In this document: one piece after another, positions 37,446-50,156 of the stretch
Position numbering within the stretch: the stretch's first letter is position 1
How the letters are laid out: each line of letters starts with the position of its first letter
Source of the DNA: Malacoraja senta
Taxonomy: Eukaryota
Reading direction: 5' to 3'
Assembly: GCA_038087875.1 (NCBI GenBank)
Contig: CM075996.1
Span: 868,001-932,000, forward strand
Length of the DNA: 64,000 bases
The notes under the pieces: generated by a model
Databases searched by the model: none
What the model was told of the DNA's origin: nothing
The model's input: only the letters and a program-made list of their open reading frames with translations
Program-made: the position numbers and the translations under genes

Positions 37446-38705
37446 TACAGCCTAAAGTCCATTTTGTTGTAAATGCTATATGTATTTAAATAAATAACAA
37501 TAGGTTTTGTATTTTTACAGCATGTTTAAGGTTATAGAAAGTGGGAGGGGTAAAGACAGCAAAGGGCAGAGATCAGGTGAGAACATTGCTTTTGGTACCA
37601 TGCAAGAATGTGAAATGAAAGCTTGTTGATCGTAGCTGGAGTGTTTGTGGATGTAATTAGGAGCAGATGGATGAGGTTGGGAGAGAAAAAGTCATGCTGG
37701 AACTGTAAATCTGTAAAAAGGAGCTTGCTGGAAACACTCGGCAGGACCGGCAGTGTATGTGGAGAGAGAAAAGCTGGGTTCAAGCTGGGTTAATAGCATC
37801 AAAACTGGCCTGTTCTGACGCAAACTGGAAACGTTGGTTATCAGGAAACTGTTGCTCTCGGCACTGCTTTGAAGAGAGATGGGGAAGGTCTCCCTAAGCC
37901 ATTGTTGATGCATTCGGACCAGTTACTGTATTTCCTGCAGATCAGAATATCTTTCAGCTCTGTTCACAAGCTCTTCACCCATTCTGAAGAAATGTCCCGA
38001 CTTGAAACGTCACCTATTCCTTTTCTAACCCGCCGAGTTACTCCAGCACTTTGCGTCTATCTGTGGTATACGCCAACATCTGCAGTTCTTTGTCTTTACG
38101 TCTTCGAGTAAAACAGTTTGGGTTTGAAGGTAAGCAAACACTTGAACCCTTCCAGTGTGTGGTGAAGACACGCCCATGATCTGGTGACAATGAGAGCAAT
38201 GCTGTTCTCTTGTTGGAACCCCACCCCCACCATCTCGAAGGGAAGGAAAATACAGATTCTGGAAATACATCATAAAAAAAGAAAACACGTGGCTCCAGAC
38301 ACCACCCTCCCAATTTATATCTTCTCCGGCCTTACAACCCCTTGAGAAATCTATGTTTCTTTAAGTCTGATCCCCGCACATCTTGATTTGCACTAGACCG
38401 CCATCAGTGTACACGCATTCCTTCAGCAAGAACCCAAAGTTTCCAGTTCCCCACACTACCTTCCCCTCCATGGCTTTGTAAGTGATCACTTTATCAAGGT
38501 CTGGTCACCACTGCCAACGCCTCTATATGGGATTGTTAAATCTATCTATAAATATTTAGTTTAGTTTATTGTCACGTGTACTGAGGTACAGTGAAAAGCT
38601 TTTGTTGCTCGCTAACCAGTCAGCGAAAAGACAAAACATGATTACAATCAAACCATTTACAGTGTATAGATACATGATAAGGGAATAACGTTTAAGGCAA
38701 GGTAA

Positions 38706-38930
38706 AGGGCCTGTCCCACTTTCACGACCTAATTCACGACCTTTTTTACTCGTGGACATTTTTCATCAGGCTAGAAATACTTGATGCCACGAGTACCCAC
38801 GACTAGCATCACGGCCCGCTGCGACCTACCTACAACCTCCTACAACCTCGTGATGACCATGCTGCGAGTATGAGTCAAGGGCAAACTCGGCAGAGGTCGT
38901 GAATTAGGTCGTGAAAGTGGGACAGGCCTT
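38706..38930. mobile_element. MITE, probably PIF/Harbinger type
   Basis: ~36-bp TIRs (A(G/A)GGCCTGTCCCACTTTCACGACCTAATTCACGACC) and a 3-bp TAA TSD. Confidence 0.85.
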
Positions 38931-41054
38931 TAAAGCTAGTAAAGATAGCCCGAGGGTCACCAATGAGGTAGACAGGAGCAAAAGGATAGTAGTAAATATG
39001 AGCAAAAGGAATGGTTTGACTTGCATTGTAACCTTTAAATCACATTGTCAAGCCCCTCCCAAACCCACAACACTCGAAAGACAAGGACAACAGAATTTTG
39101 AGAACATAATCACCTCTCAACTGCTCAGTTGGGTTTATTTGGCGACTGTGTGTCTCTCTTTCTTTATCATTGCTGGATCCAGTCTAGAGTGTTTTATTGC
39201 CATATGTTCCAAACGGAACATTCTTCCTTGCAGCAGCACAACACAATATGTAAGCATAGTACTCTGTAAACAATATAATCAATGAAAAAACTATTCAACA
39301 ATATAATAAATGGAAAAAAAAATGAATAATGTCCCCTAGTCTTTGTAGTTCAGAGCTTATCTGGAGGCTGTAGTGTTTAATAGCCCGTTGGCTCCCAGAA
39401 CTCCAAAAACAACAGCAACATCAACTTATAGAAACAAGGAACTGCAGGTGCTGGTTTACCAAAAAAGATACAAAGTGTTGGAGTGGTTCCGTGGATCAGG
39501 AGCCTTTTGCAGGCTGATGGAACATCATCTTAATCAGAAAGTGGATCAAGAAGGCAGCTCCCCACCACTTCCTCGGGAGTAATTAAGGATCCTATGAAGG
39601 AATGTTAAAAGAAAAGGGAATTGGGTGATCAAATTCCAGCCAGGAGTGGGTTTCAGTGACTGGGAGAATGAGTGTCAGATTTACTGGGTGTCAGCTCCCT
39701 CTGGTGGACCAGGCATCACTCTACAACAGTGGATTTGTTTCAAAGGAGGTGAAGCAATTTCAGAAACATTTTACGTTGCAGTCATCTCTTCACACAGGTA
39801 CAGATTCTGCAAGCATTTGGGACGTGAACCAAAAATGGGACGTGAGCCTCAAATTGGACAGAAACTGGAAATAAAAGCTTTTTATATAAAAGTATTAGAA
39901 AAGGCTGGAAGATCATGAGAGCGTTTGAGAAAATTGTGGCTTAATCCAAGATCGGGATGGATGTTAAGGCGGATAAAATAGATTTGACAGAAGAATTGTC
40001 TATTTCCACAGTGTGCTGTGAATGTGCGACACCACTCCCAGAGGGAGTGTGAGGACAAATAGCATGATGGATTTAAGCAGAAAACCTTTCCCCAGTACAA
40101 TGGTGACTAGATTTCAGAAGTACCTCATTAGCTGTCGAGGACTTTATACAGCATGATATGAAGCTTTAAAGTGCTGTATAAATTATTGTGTATTCTACAA
40201 GTCCTGCTGAGGAGGTGCGTGCTGGCTGAATGGCCTGATTGTGTGCTGTAAATCAAATTCATTAGCATCTCATTACGAGACGTCTTGGCAAGTGAGAAAG
40301 TATTTCTTTTAATCGTTATTTTAAAGGGACTTCAAGAATTTTTGATGCCAAGTTTCCATTTAGGAATATTGGGTGAAGTCACTCAACAATAGGTGCTGCA
40401 TTGTCCGAGGTGCCACGAGCTGAGACGTCTGAGCAAGTCGACTTGTTCAGGACTGTACCACGGGGACTGTGGTGAAACGTGTAGAACAGGGAGTTCTCCC
40501 AGTGTCCAGGCCAACATTCCTTCTTCAGTTAACACCACCAGAAATAGATGCACTAGTATTTACCTCATCCGTTGAAAGCTGTCCAATTGAGAACTTTTAG
40601 ACCAGGGCCAAAATATTTGCAATCGATTGCTTCAAGTTGGACTCAAATATGAAAATAGATTCTGAAATAAATTTGATTGATATAAAAGGAAAACATTGGC
40701 CACACTTTCCCACCCTTCATCCTGCAATCTACACTATCACCTGGTGATTATTGCATTGCTGTTTGTGGGAGCTTGTTCCATCTTGAGAGGGATGTGAAAG
40801 GTGATATAGGAAATCAACTTCACTTTTGATGGCATTAATCCGACTGAACAATCTCTTTCACTTAATGGATGAATAGAACAAAATGCAGAAGGTTGGCTTT
40901 ACTTGAGACAACCTGGAAAAATATTTTGAAGAAAGAATAGACTAAAAGACATAGTGGACGGGGTTCAGGTGGGTTTCCAAAATCGAAGGCACAGTAAAAG
41001 ACATGAAAGAATATACAGTAGGACTACGATAATCTGGTATGCGGTTGTTCAGTG

Positions 41055-41406
41055 GGCGGCGCAGCGCCAGAGACCCGGGTTCGATCCTAACTACGGGTGC
41101 TGTCTGTACAGAGTTTTTGTACGTTCTCCCCATGACCTGTATGGGTTTTTGCCAGGAGCTCCGGTTTCCTCTCACACTCCAAAGACGTACAGGTTTGTAG
41201 GGTAATTGGCTTGTTAACCTTGATAGGTTGCAGTTGTGCCTATATTGGAGCAGTTATTATTCACAATATATAGGATTCATCTGGGAAGAATCAAATTGAG
41301 GGGTAAATTGTCCCTAGTGTGTTATAGTGTGTGGGGACCGTTGGTCGGCACAGACTCGGTGGGCCGAAGGGCCTGTTTCCACACTGTATCTCTAAACTAA
41401 ACTAAA
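41055..41406 (+). mobile_element. tRNA-derived SINE with an internal ~80-bp insertion
   Basis: B-box, core and (CTAAA)n tail. Confidence 0.75.
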
Positions 41407-41833
41407 TCCTGATGGTCTGATGTGTCTGCCGGGGGTCCAGAGTGCGAACAAGGTCTGGGGAAAGAGCCAGGGCAGCCGGGGGTGGGTCAGGAAGATGGGC
41501 ATGTTTGTGGCCAGTGCTGGCAAGAGGAGTGTTTGTACATTTCCCATTCCCTTTAAACCCACTGCAAAATGTATTATTCTGCAATTATTGTACTACTGAT
41601 TACAATTAAAACACAAAGTACTTGTGCTATAACTCTAGGATAAGCGCTCAACTAAGAAAACCAAGCCCAAAACCAAAGTGTTATCTAAGTAAATACACCA
41701 ACTTACAATAAATGACTCCATAAAAAACCCCACAGCTACCTACATAATTATTAGCTCTTTAAAAAAAAAAAGAATCCTGTAGATGCAAGTATATCATTGG
41801 TGTTATCAAGTGGGCTCCTCACTTCATTGGTGT

Positions 41834-41887
41834 TTCGTTGAGTTAGGCCCACAACACCTCATACAGTTGTGGGCCTAACTCAACGAA
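41834..41887. repeat. Perfect 22-bp inverted repeat with a 10-nt spacer
   Basis: TTCGTTGAGTTAGGCCCACAAC-acctcataca-GTTGTGGGCCTAACTCAACGAA. Confidence 0.95.
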
Positions 41888-44589
41888 GGCTCAACAGTTG
41901 GTTCTGGCGTACTCCACAATACCAGCTCTCACCATCTAGGTGACCAGTATACTAAGTAAAGGAAGCTGCAGCCAATTGTTACCTCACAATATTGTTACTC
42001 ACTCTAACAAACACCTGCATCCTATCTTCCACTAATCCTAGCCCATCACGTATGAATTGGAGTAATATCCAGTTGTCCAGAAACATCTGCTGGTCCAGCA
42101 CTGCCAAAGTACCAAGGGTGCTGGATTATCAGATTTTTATTGTATTTACAAGTAGAAGGGGGGAAAAGGTAACCCTTTGTGAGAGGTTATAGTTATATTG
42201 GAGCAGTTCTTATTCACAATACATAGAATTAATCTGCGAACAGGATCAAGATCTCCTGTGGAATCAAATTCCAAACTATAAAAAAGCTACTGGGGTGGAA
42301 GTTGGGCAAATTAGTGGCGAGTGCAGTTCTGTACGGAGAAGTATTTAATACTATGATTTGACTGAAGAACCATGTGCATTTCCTAAATACTACGGTATTA
42401 AATGGACAGAATGAAAAAGGGACACAATCGAAGGCCATCACATAGAAAAAAAGACTTTTCAATTGAGTCTCTGGAGTCTCTGGTCCACATAACCCAAATC
42501 ATAATATGAGGAGGTAGACAAAAATGCTGGAGAAACTCAGCGGGTGAGGCAGCATCTATGGAGCGAAGGAAATAGGAAATAGGAAATAATATGAGGAGGT
42601 AGTGAAGGATTTTGCAGGATGTTAGGGATATAAAGAGACATTATATTATGGGTCTGCCAGAGGAGGTGGTCGATGCAGGTATAATACAATATTTTAAATA
42701 GGAACATGGATAGGAAATGTTGACAGGGTTATGGACCAAATGCAGGCAAATAGGATTAGTGTAGGTAGGCATCTTGGTTGCCACGGACAAGGTGGGCCAA
42801 AGGGTCTGTGTTGTATAACTCTCTGAATCTATTGTAGGATTAAAAACAAGCAGAGTTGAAAGATCAATTCATGCAGATGTTACCAGGAGGGGCGAAGTTA
42901 AAAAGAAGCTGGAGTATTATTGTAGAAGGTTGTAGGAAGGTTTGATGGGGGGGGGGGGGATGGAGAAACTTCCCAATTGAGAGAAGGTTAATAGCGAGCG
43001 GATCCCTTGTACAGTGTGATGGTAATGGGAGAATACTGTTGGGCTCTAGAATCATTCCGTGAGATTGGATAAGCATGTTGTGGGCAGCAAGTAAACTGAT
43101 TGGGGAATAACTTCACCAGAATGTAAATTAACAGAATGAGCAGTGGCAAGATACTCAATAACAAATTTTAAAAGGCAATTGCATGAAAACTTCAATAGGA
43201 AAACAATTATATTATGACATGGAAAGAATAAAGAGAGTGGGTTTAATTGAATGATTCTATTCATGGGGTAACAGGACACCCTGGGTCACAAAGATCTCCT
43301 CTACCTTCAGATTCCATTGATTGTTGCAATAAGTGGTCTACGGATGTTTCACAAACTACAGAGTGAGGACAGAGGAGGGCTAGCCCTGGCAGGGTGGTAA
43401 AGGGCGTGGAATTAAACTGCTAGGATATTTAAAGGGTGCAGTGATTGAAGGGAGAGTGGGATTAAATTGATGGGATATTTAAAGCGTGAGGCAAGAGTTG
43501 AGTTTAGTTTATTGTCACGTGTACCGAGGCACAGTGAAAAGCTTGCTAACCAGTCAGCGGAAAGACAGTGCATGATTACAATCGAGCTGTCCACTGTGTA
43601 CAGATACATGATATAGGGAATAACGTGAATAACGTTTAATGCAAGATAAAGCCCGCAGGAGTGAGCAAGAGTGTGACATTATTGGATTCTTGTGTGGAAT
43701 GCTGAATTGGCTGAATGCTGAGTGGCGTGAGTTTTCGACCAACCTGAAATATGTTAAAATTATTTGAAAATGAATGCTCCTTTAATTCAAAATAAAGTGA
43801 GACTGCATTTGCACAAATAACTGGTGGATACACACTAATGGTGTACAGGGCAAGGAATAACACACATACAATGCACATAGTATACTAGTGATGCAAAGCG
43901 CAGACAGTAAGGCATTAATGATGTACAGTGCACCAGGCGTACATTGATCATGCACAATGCAATGGCGTTACAAGGTGTAATAACAAATAGCAAGATGCTG
44001 ATTTACCAAAGAAATACACAAAATGCTGGAGTAACTCAGCGGCTCAGGGAGCATCCCCGAAAAATCATGGATAGGTGATGTTTCGGGTCAGGACCCTTCA
44101 TCAGACTGACCCGAAATGTCACCTAGGATCCATGTTCTCCAGAGATGCTGCCTGACTTTGTGCCTTCCTTCAGTGTTACAGGATGAGCTGGTTGTCTTGT
44201 CTATTTCTTAATTTGTCTGTGTGGTGAAACGTACTCTGGAAGTATTTGAGGTCTCGCTGTGGTTGTCTATAATCATTGCGCATTTGCTTTTTGTTGAAAT
44301 TTGTATTAAAAATACACCATGTTTATTTACTGGTGGCAGAAGGTGAAGTTTTGTTAACTTGTTTCTGCGGAGCCAGTAACCACTCTGATATTTGGGATGA
44401 ATTCCATCTGTTACTGCAATACAGCAAAACGTAAGGAGATTTCATAAAATCAATTAATAAATCCAGGAAAATGTATCAAATGATTCAATGATTTTCTACT
44501 TCTGGAATACATGGGGGAAATCAACTATTTTACAGCAACAATAATGGGTATTCATATAACATTTTTGATTGCTTTATTGAAATTTGATT

Positions 44590-44850
44590 GAAAGATACAG
44601 CATGTAAACAGGCCCTTCGGCCCACCGAGTCCATCGATCACCCGCTCACACTTGGGGCAAGTTACAGAGGGCCAATTAACCTACAAACCCGCACCTGCAT
44701 GGGATGTGGGAGGAAACTGGAGGAAATTAATGTGGTCACATGGAGAATGTGCAAACTCCACACATGGACATCACCCGCAGTCCGGATCGGACCTGGGTCT
44801 CTGGCGCTGTGAGGCAGCAAGCTCTACAAATTGCATCACTGTGCCACCCT
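44590..44850 (-). mobile_element. tRNA-derived SINE
   Basis: Reverse complement of the family consensus. Confidence 0.72.
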
Positions 44851-46472
44851 AAATTTTAATGCCTACATTTTTAATATATCAAAGATGATCTATCAAGGAT
44901 TTATATCGAAGCTAATTTGCCAAAGTGCCACAGAAGGAAAAAAAAACTGGGACAGAGGAGTAGGCTAAAGGGTAAAGTTTCAAGGACTACCCTCTCTGGA
45001 GGAAAGAGGAGTAGAGTTGGAGAGGTTTAGGGGGGAAATTTCAGAGCTTACGCCCCATCAGTCAAAGGTACGTCCTTCAAACGTGGAGCGATTAAATTCG
45101 GAGGTGTCTTAAATGATGTTGAAGGTTCATTGATTATTCTAGGGCTGGAGGAGCTTGTGGAGGTAGGAAGGAGTAAGGATTGCGAATGATTACAAAGAAA
45201 GGATGTGAATTTTTTAAATGGAGGCATTGCTTAACTGGGAGCTAGCAATGGGCCAGCAAGTTTGGTGGGTTAATAAGACTTGTAATTAGGACACAGTTGG
45301 TGGATACTTGAAAAGCAGGCCAAGGCTAGGAGTGGGTTGGAATAGTTGAGCCTGGAGGTTTAGGTTTATTATTATCACACAAGGTACAGTGAACTAATTT
45401 TTGCATGCGATTGCGAACAGATCAGATATACCATTCACGGATACAATCAGTTCAAACTCAAGTACAATTGATAGAGCAAAGAGGAAGGTACAGAGTGCAG
45501 AATATTAGATTAGAGACATTTATTGTCTCATACACCAATAGGTGTAGTGAAATTCGACTTGCCAATGCAGCACATGAATAAAGATAATACACAACATTAA
45601 AGAATTTAACAGAATTTAACAATAAACATAAAACTTTATGTTTAAGAAAGAACTGCAGATGCTGGAAAAATCTAAGGTAGACAAAAATGCTGGAGAAACT
45701 CAGCGGGAGAGGCAGCATGTTTGGAGCGAAGGAATTGGTGATGTTTCGGGTCGAGACCCTTCTTTCTTGATACTTTATTGTCACTTGCACCTAGGTACAG
45801 TGAAAATCTTTGTTCTTTGCAAAACACACAAAAGAGTTGCCACGAAGGTATCGACAAAGTTACAAAAAGTGCTAATTCCTTCTTCGTTATCCCCCCCCCC
45901 CCCCCCCCGTCAGATCCCCCTTGGTTCTCGGTGCCCCCCCCCCCACCCCACCCACTCTGGGTCCCACTTTGTTGTTGGCGGCAGGGCCTGTCCACCACGG
46001 CTGACTTCGACCTCGATGCCCCGATCTCAGCGCAGACTCTGACGTCCTCGGACAATGCTAGTTCTCAGCATGGTGGTAGGGCATCAGTTCCATAGACGAA
46101 GTCCTGAATGGGGTTGGGGTGAATCAAGCATACCACAGCTTATGGAAGGACCGTTACGAAGCCTGATAATGGAGGGCACCGACAAGGGTTTCATCAGCGA
46201 GGATGACCATGCAGAGGAATGGGTAGCTGAGCTGAATTTCATGGGTTGCAGTTGAGTTCCCTCTGGCTGAGGTGTTTGTCTTACTTGTGATCATCGTATC
46301 ATTTGCCAGAGGGGCCTTGGAGTTTTTTTGATATTATTGATATCCATTCTCACGCTAACCTCTCATCAAAACAAACTGCTGTGGTTAAGAGGTACTCCAA
46401 AGACATACAGGTTTGTAGGTTAATTGACTTTGAAAAAAATTGTAAAATTGTCCCTAGTGTTGGGTAGTGTTA

Positions 46473-46627
46473 AGGGCCTGTCCCACTTGGGTGTCATTTG
46501 TGCGTCACGCAGATCACTGCCTACGTCACCACGCACCATGCACGTGCACGGCACGACGCGTGTGTCGTGATGCCTAAATGATGTCGCGTAAATGACGCGC
46601 AAATGACGCCCAAGTGGGACAGGCCCA
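46473..46627. mobile_element. MITE, probably PIF/Harbinger type, nested in a SINE
   Basis: ~34-bp TIRs (GGGCCTGTCCCACTTGGGYGTCATTTGYGCGTCA) and a TTA TSD. Confidence 0.85.
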
Positions 46628-47225
46628 TTACGTGGGGATCGCTGGTCAGCATGGACTCGGTGGGCCGAAGGGCCTGTTTCCGTGCTGTATCTCTAAAGTA
46701 AAAGTAATGGGGTTTTGCATAACTGGTTACAGAGATGTGACAGCTCGGGGAGCTTGGGTTATTCTCAGAGCGGAGACGGTGAAAAGGAGATTCGTAGAGG
46801 CATTCAAAATCATGAAGCATTTTGGAGGGCCATGTAAGGATTTCCCAGTGGAACAGTTCAGTTCAGTTTCATTTATTGCCACGTGCACCGAGGAACAGTG
46901 AAAAACTCTTTGTTGAGTGCTAACCAGTCAGCGGAAAGACTATGCATGCAGCTTCAATAACTCTGAGTCACCGACTGAAATGATCAACAAGAGAAACAGA
47001 AAGACAAAAAGATGGACACAAAATGCCTGAGTCAGGCAGCATCTCTGGAGGGAATGGACGTTTTGGGTCAGGACCCTTGTTCAGAGAAACAGAAAGGTTG
47101 GGGGGGATATACATTTCGCCGAGATTTAGGAAATGCAGCCTGAAAGGATGGTGGAAGGAGATTTAATAGGAAATTTCTTAAAGAGAACTCAATGTATACT
47201 GTAAAATAGAATGTGTAGGAACAAA

Positions 47226-47526
47226 CCAGAACCAGGGGCCACAGTTTAAGAATAAGGAGTAAGAAATTTAGAACGGAGATGAGGAAACACTTTTTCTCAC
47301 AGAGAGTTGTGAGTCTGTGGAATTCTCTGCCTCAGAGGGCGGTGGAGGCCGGTTCTCTGGATACTTTCAAGAGCTAGATAGGGCTCTTAAAGATAGCGGA
47401 GTCAGGGGATATGGGGAGAAGGCAGGAACGGGGTACTGATTGGGGATGATCAGCCATGATCGCATTGAATGGCGGTGCTGGCTTGAAGGGCCAAATGGCC
47501 TACTCCTGCACCTATTGTCTATTGTC
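47226..47526 (+). mobile_element. CR1-clade LINE 3' end
   Basis: High similarity to 35000-35302; same tail. Confidence 0.85.
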
Positions 47527-49159
47527 AAACTGCAGATGCTGGTTTAAATCGAAGGTAGACACAATGGAACGTGTTGTCAGGAATCGGGAAAAAGAGTAAA
47601 TATGAGTGACACTCAGTGAAGCTCCACTCCTAGGCAGGCAGATGGGCCAAATGGCTTCCCTCTGTGCTCTGTGCCTATTGATGAGAAACTTTCAGCTCCA
47701 AGCACGACATTGCCTCAGCAATCCGTTCCTGGCTGGCTTCCTTGCTCCTTTTGTTTATCACTTTTTCTCCCCTTGCCTGTCACAGGCAGCGCATTGTGCT
47801 CGGGAGGCCTTAAAGCGGTTGCCATGGCAACACCCAATTTCCTCTTGGAGAGAGAGAGAGGGAGAGCGAGCGAGAAGTTGGCTCCAGGGCCTTCTCAGGG
47901 ATATCAGCGCACAGCCACCATAAAACCAGCCATTGTTCCACCTTACACTGATACCAGAGCCAGCCTTTATCAAATGGAAATATCGCTTACAGCCCACATC
48001 CACGAGGGAGAGTTCAGTGTGAGGGCTGCTGCCACACGGACCAAGGGCTGACTCTTCTTCAGGGCACCTATGGGCCGGTTTGTCCGCATGTTTTTATTTA
48101 ACTGTTTGAGGAATAACAGGGATCCGCGCAAGAGATTTGACATTCTGACAATCAATTTCTGGGACAAAAATTGTCCCGTTACACCGGGCTATTAACTTGC
48201 CCGTAGATTGGGAATCTGAAGACTGGGCGTCTTTTGGAAAGAGAAGGCTACGAGATGGCCCGATAGAGGTCTTTAAAAGGATAAATCGGTTTGATACAAT
48301 AAGTGTGGTGAAGATGTTTCCACTTGTGTGTGAAAACAAGCTGAGGGTCATCAAGTAGTTTAAAAAAGGAACTGCAGTTGCTGGTTTAAACCAAAGGTAG
48401 ACACAAAAAGCTGGAGTTACTCAGCGGGTCTGGCAGCATCTCTGGAGAAAATGGATAGATGTTTCGGACTGGGACCAGGAAGTCTGAAGAAGGATCCCAA
48501 CCCAAAACGTCATCTATCCATTTTCTTCAGAGATGCTGCCTAACCCACTGAATTATTCCAGCAGTTTGTATCTACCTTTGGGAGTCCTGACCATAAGACA
48601 GTCACTAATAAATCCATTTGGGAATTCGGGAGAAATGTCTTCATCCTAAAAACAGGGAAAATGTGGAACTTGACCCCATAGGCACTGGCAAATGTGAACA
48701 GGAGAGAGGGATTTAATAACATAAGAAAATAAGAAATAGAAGCCTAGGTCATTCGGCCCCTTGCCTGCTCTACTATTCAATAAGAGTGATCTTTCTACCT
48801 CAACGTCACTTTCCCACATTAATCCCATATCCTTGGATCCCAATAAACACCGCTAATACCTTTCCTATGGAAAACTCTTTCCATTAGGATTCTCCAATAA
48901 TAAAAACACAGCCAATGGCCCTTAAAGTGCAATTTATGTAGGAAAGCTTAACGGCAGCAGACAATTTATGCACAACATCCTCCCAAATGTGATACCAGTT
49001 GCTGGATAAATACTAAGTTTATTATTGTCACGTGTGCCCAAGTACAGGAAAGCTTTTGTTTGCGTGTTACCCAATCAAACCAGATAATATTATACATAAA
49101 TACAATCAAGCCAAACATCAGTACAAAAGGGAGAGAAAGATACCAGAGTGCAGAATATA

Positions 49160-49622
49160 GGGGAGAGGGTAGGGCTGAAGATGTCCTGGTTGGGTTGCTC
49201 CTGGGCCTGGCCAAGCTGGCCATCCGTGAGTCACGGCGCCAGGCGGTGGAGGGCTCTACCCGAGCCGGCTGCCTGCCACCTTTTCCGGGGATACGTCCGT
49301 GCCAGGGTGGGGTTTGAAAGGGAATACGCCCTGTCCACGGGCACCCTGGGGGAGTTCCGGGACCGTTGGGCTCCGCAGGGTGTTGAATGTATCCTCAATA
49401 AGGAATGTATCATAGTTGTACAGTAGTTTATTAAGGATATATCATGTGGTCAGCCATGATCACATTGAATGGCGGTGCTGGCTCGAAGGGCCAAATGGCC
49501 TTCTCCTGCACCTATTGTCTATTGTCTATTTATTTGTATTGTATTATGGTGGTGGGTTCTGGTTTATTTTATTGTAGTGTAATATTATTGTTTAATAATT
49601 GAATACATTTGTTGATTAAAAA
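49160..49622 (+). mobile_element. Tx1/L1-like LINE 3' end interrupted by a CR1 tail; a second tail copy lies at ~30288-30440
   Basis: LLLGLAKLAIRESRRQAVEG...LFRGYVRARVGFEREYALSTGTLGEFRDRWAPQGVECIL, then a U-rich UTR and an A-tail. Confidence 0.65.
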
Positions 49623-50156
49623 ATGAGTGCAGAATATAGTTCTCAGCATTATAGTTTTACAGTTTCAGAGAAAAAGACCAATGTCTCCATAGATGCTGCC
49701 TCACCCGCTGAGTTTCTCCAGCATTTTTATCTACCTTCGATTTTTCCAGCATCTGCAGTTCCTTCTAAAGCAAAAATGTCTGCAATGAGGAGAATGGGGA
49801 CTGTAACTTAAGGAAGGACCGTTCAGAAATCTGTAACAGAGAGGTAGAAGCTGTTCCTGAGCCTGGTGATCTGCGCTTTCAAGCTTCTTTATCTTCTGCC
49901 TGACAGGAGTGGGGAGAAGAGGAATGACAGGGGTGGGAAAGGTCCTTGATTATGCTGCCTGCTGCTTTCCCCGAGGCAGCTTTAAGTGTAGATGGAGTCA
50001 GCGGTGCGAAGACTGATCTGTGTGATGGACTAAATCCACAACTCTCTGCAATTTCTTGCGGTCTTGAATAGAGCTACGGTGCATATGTGGACGTTTGCAA
50101 GATTCGTACAAACAATATTGGGTGCAGGGCAATGGAAGAATTTCCCTGGCCTTTCC

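Noticed and set aside
47606-48051. ORFs or an alternative POLR2F exon
   Set aside because: No homology recognised, and POLR2F is already complete with its own poly(A) signal.
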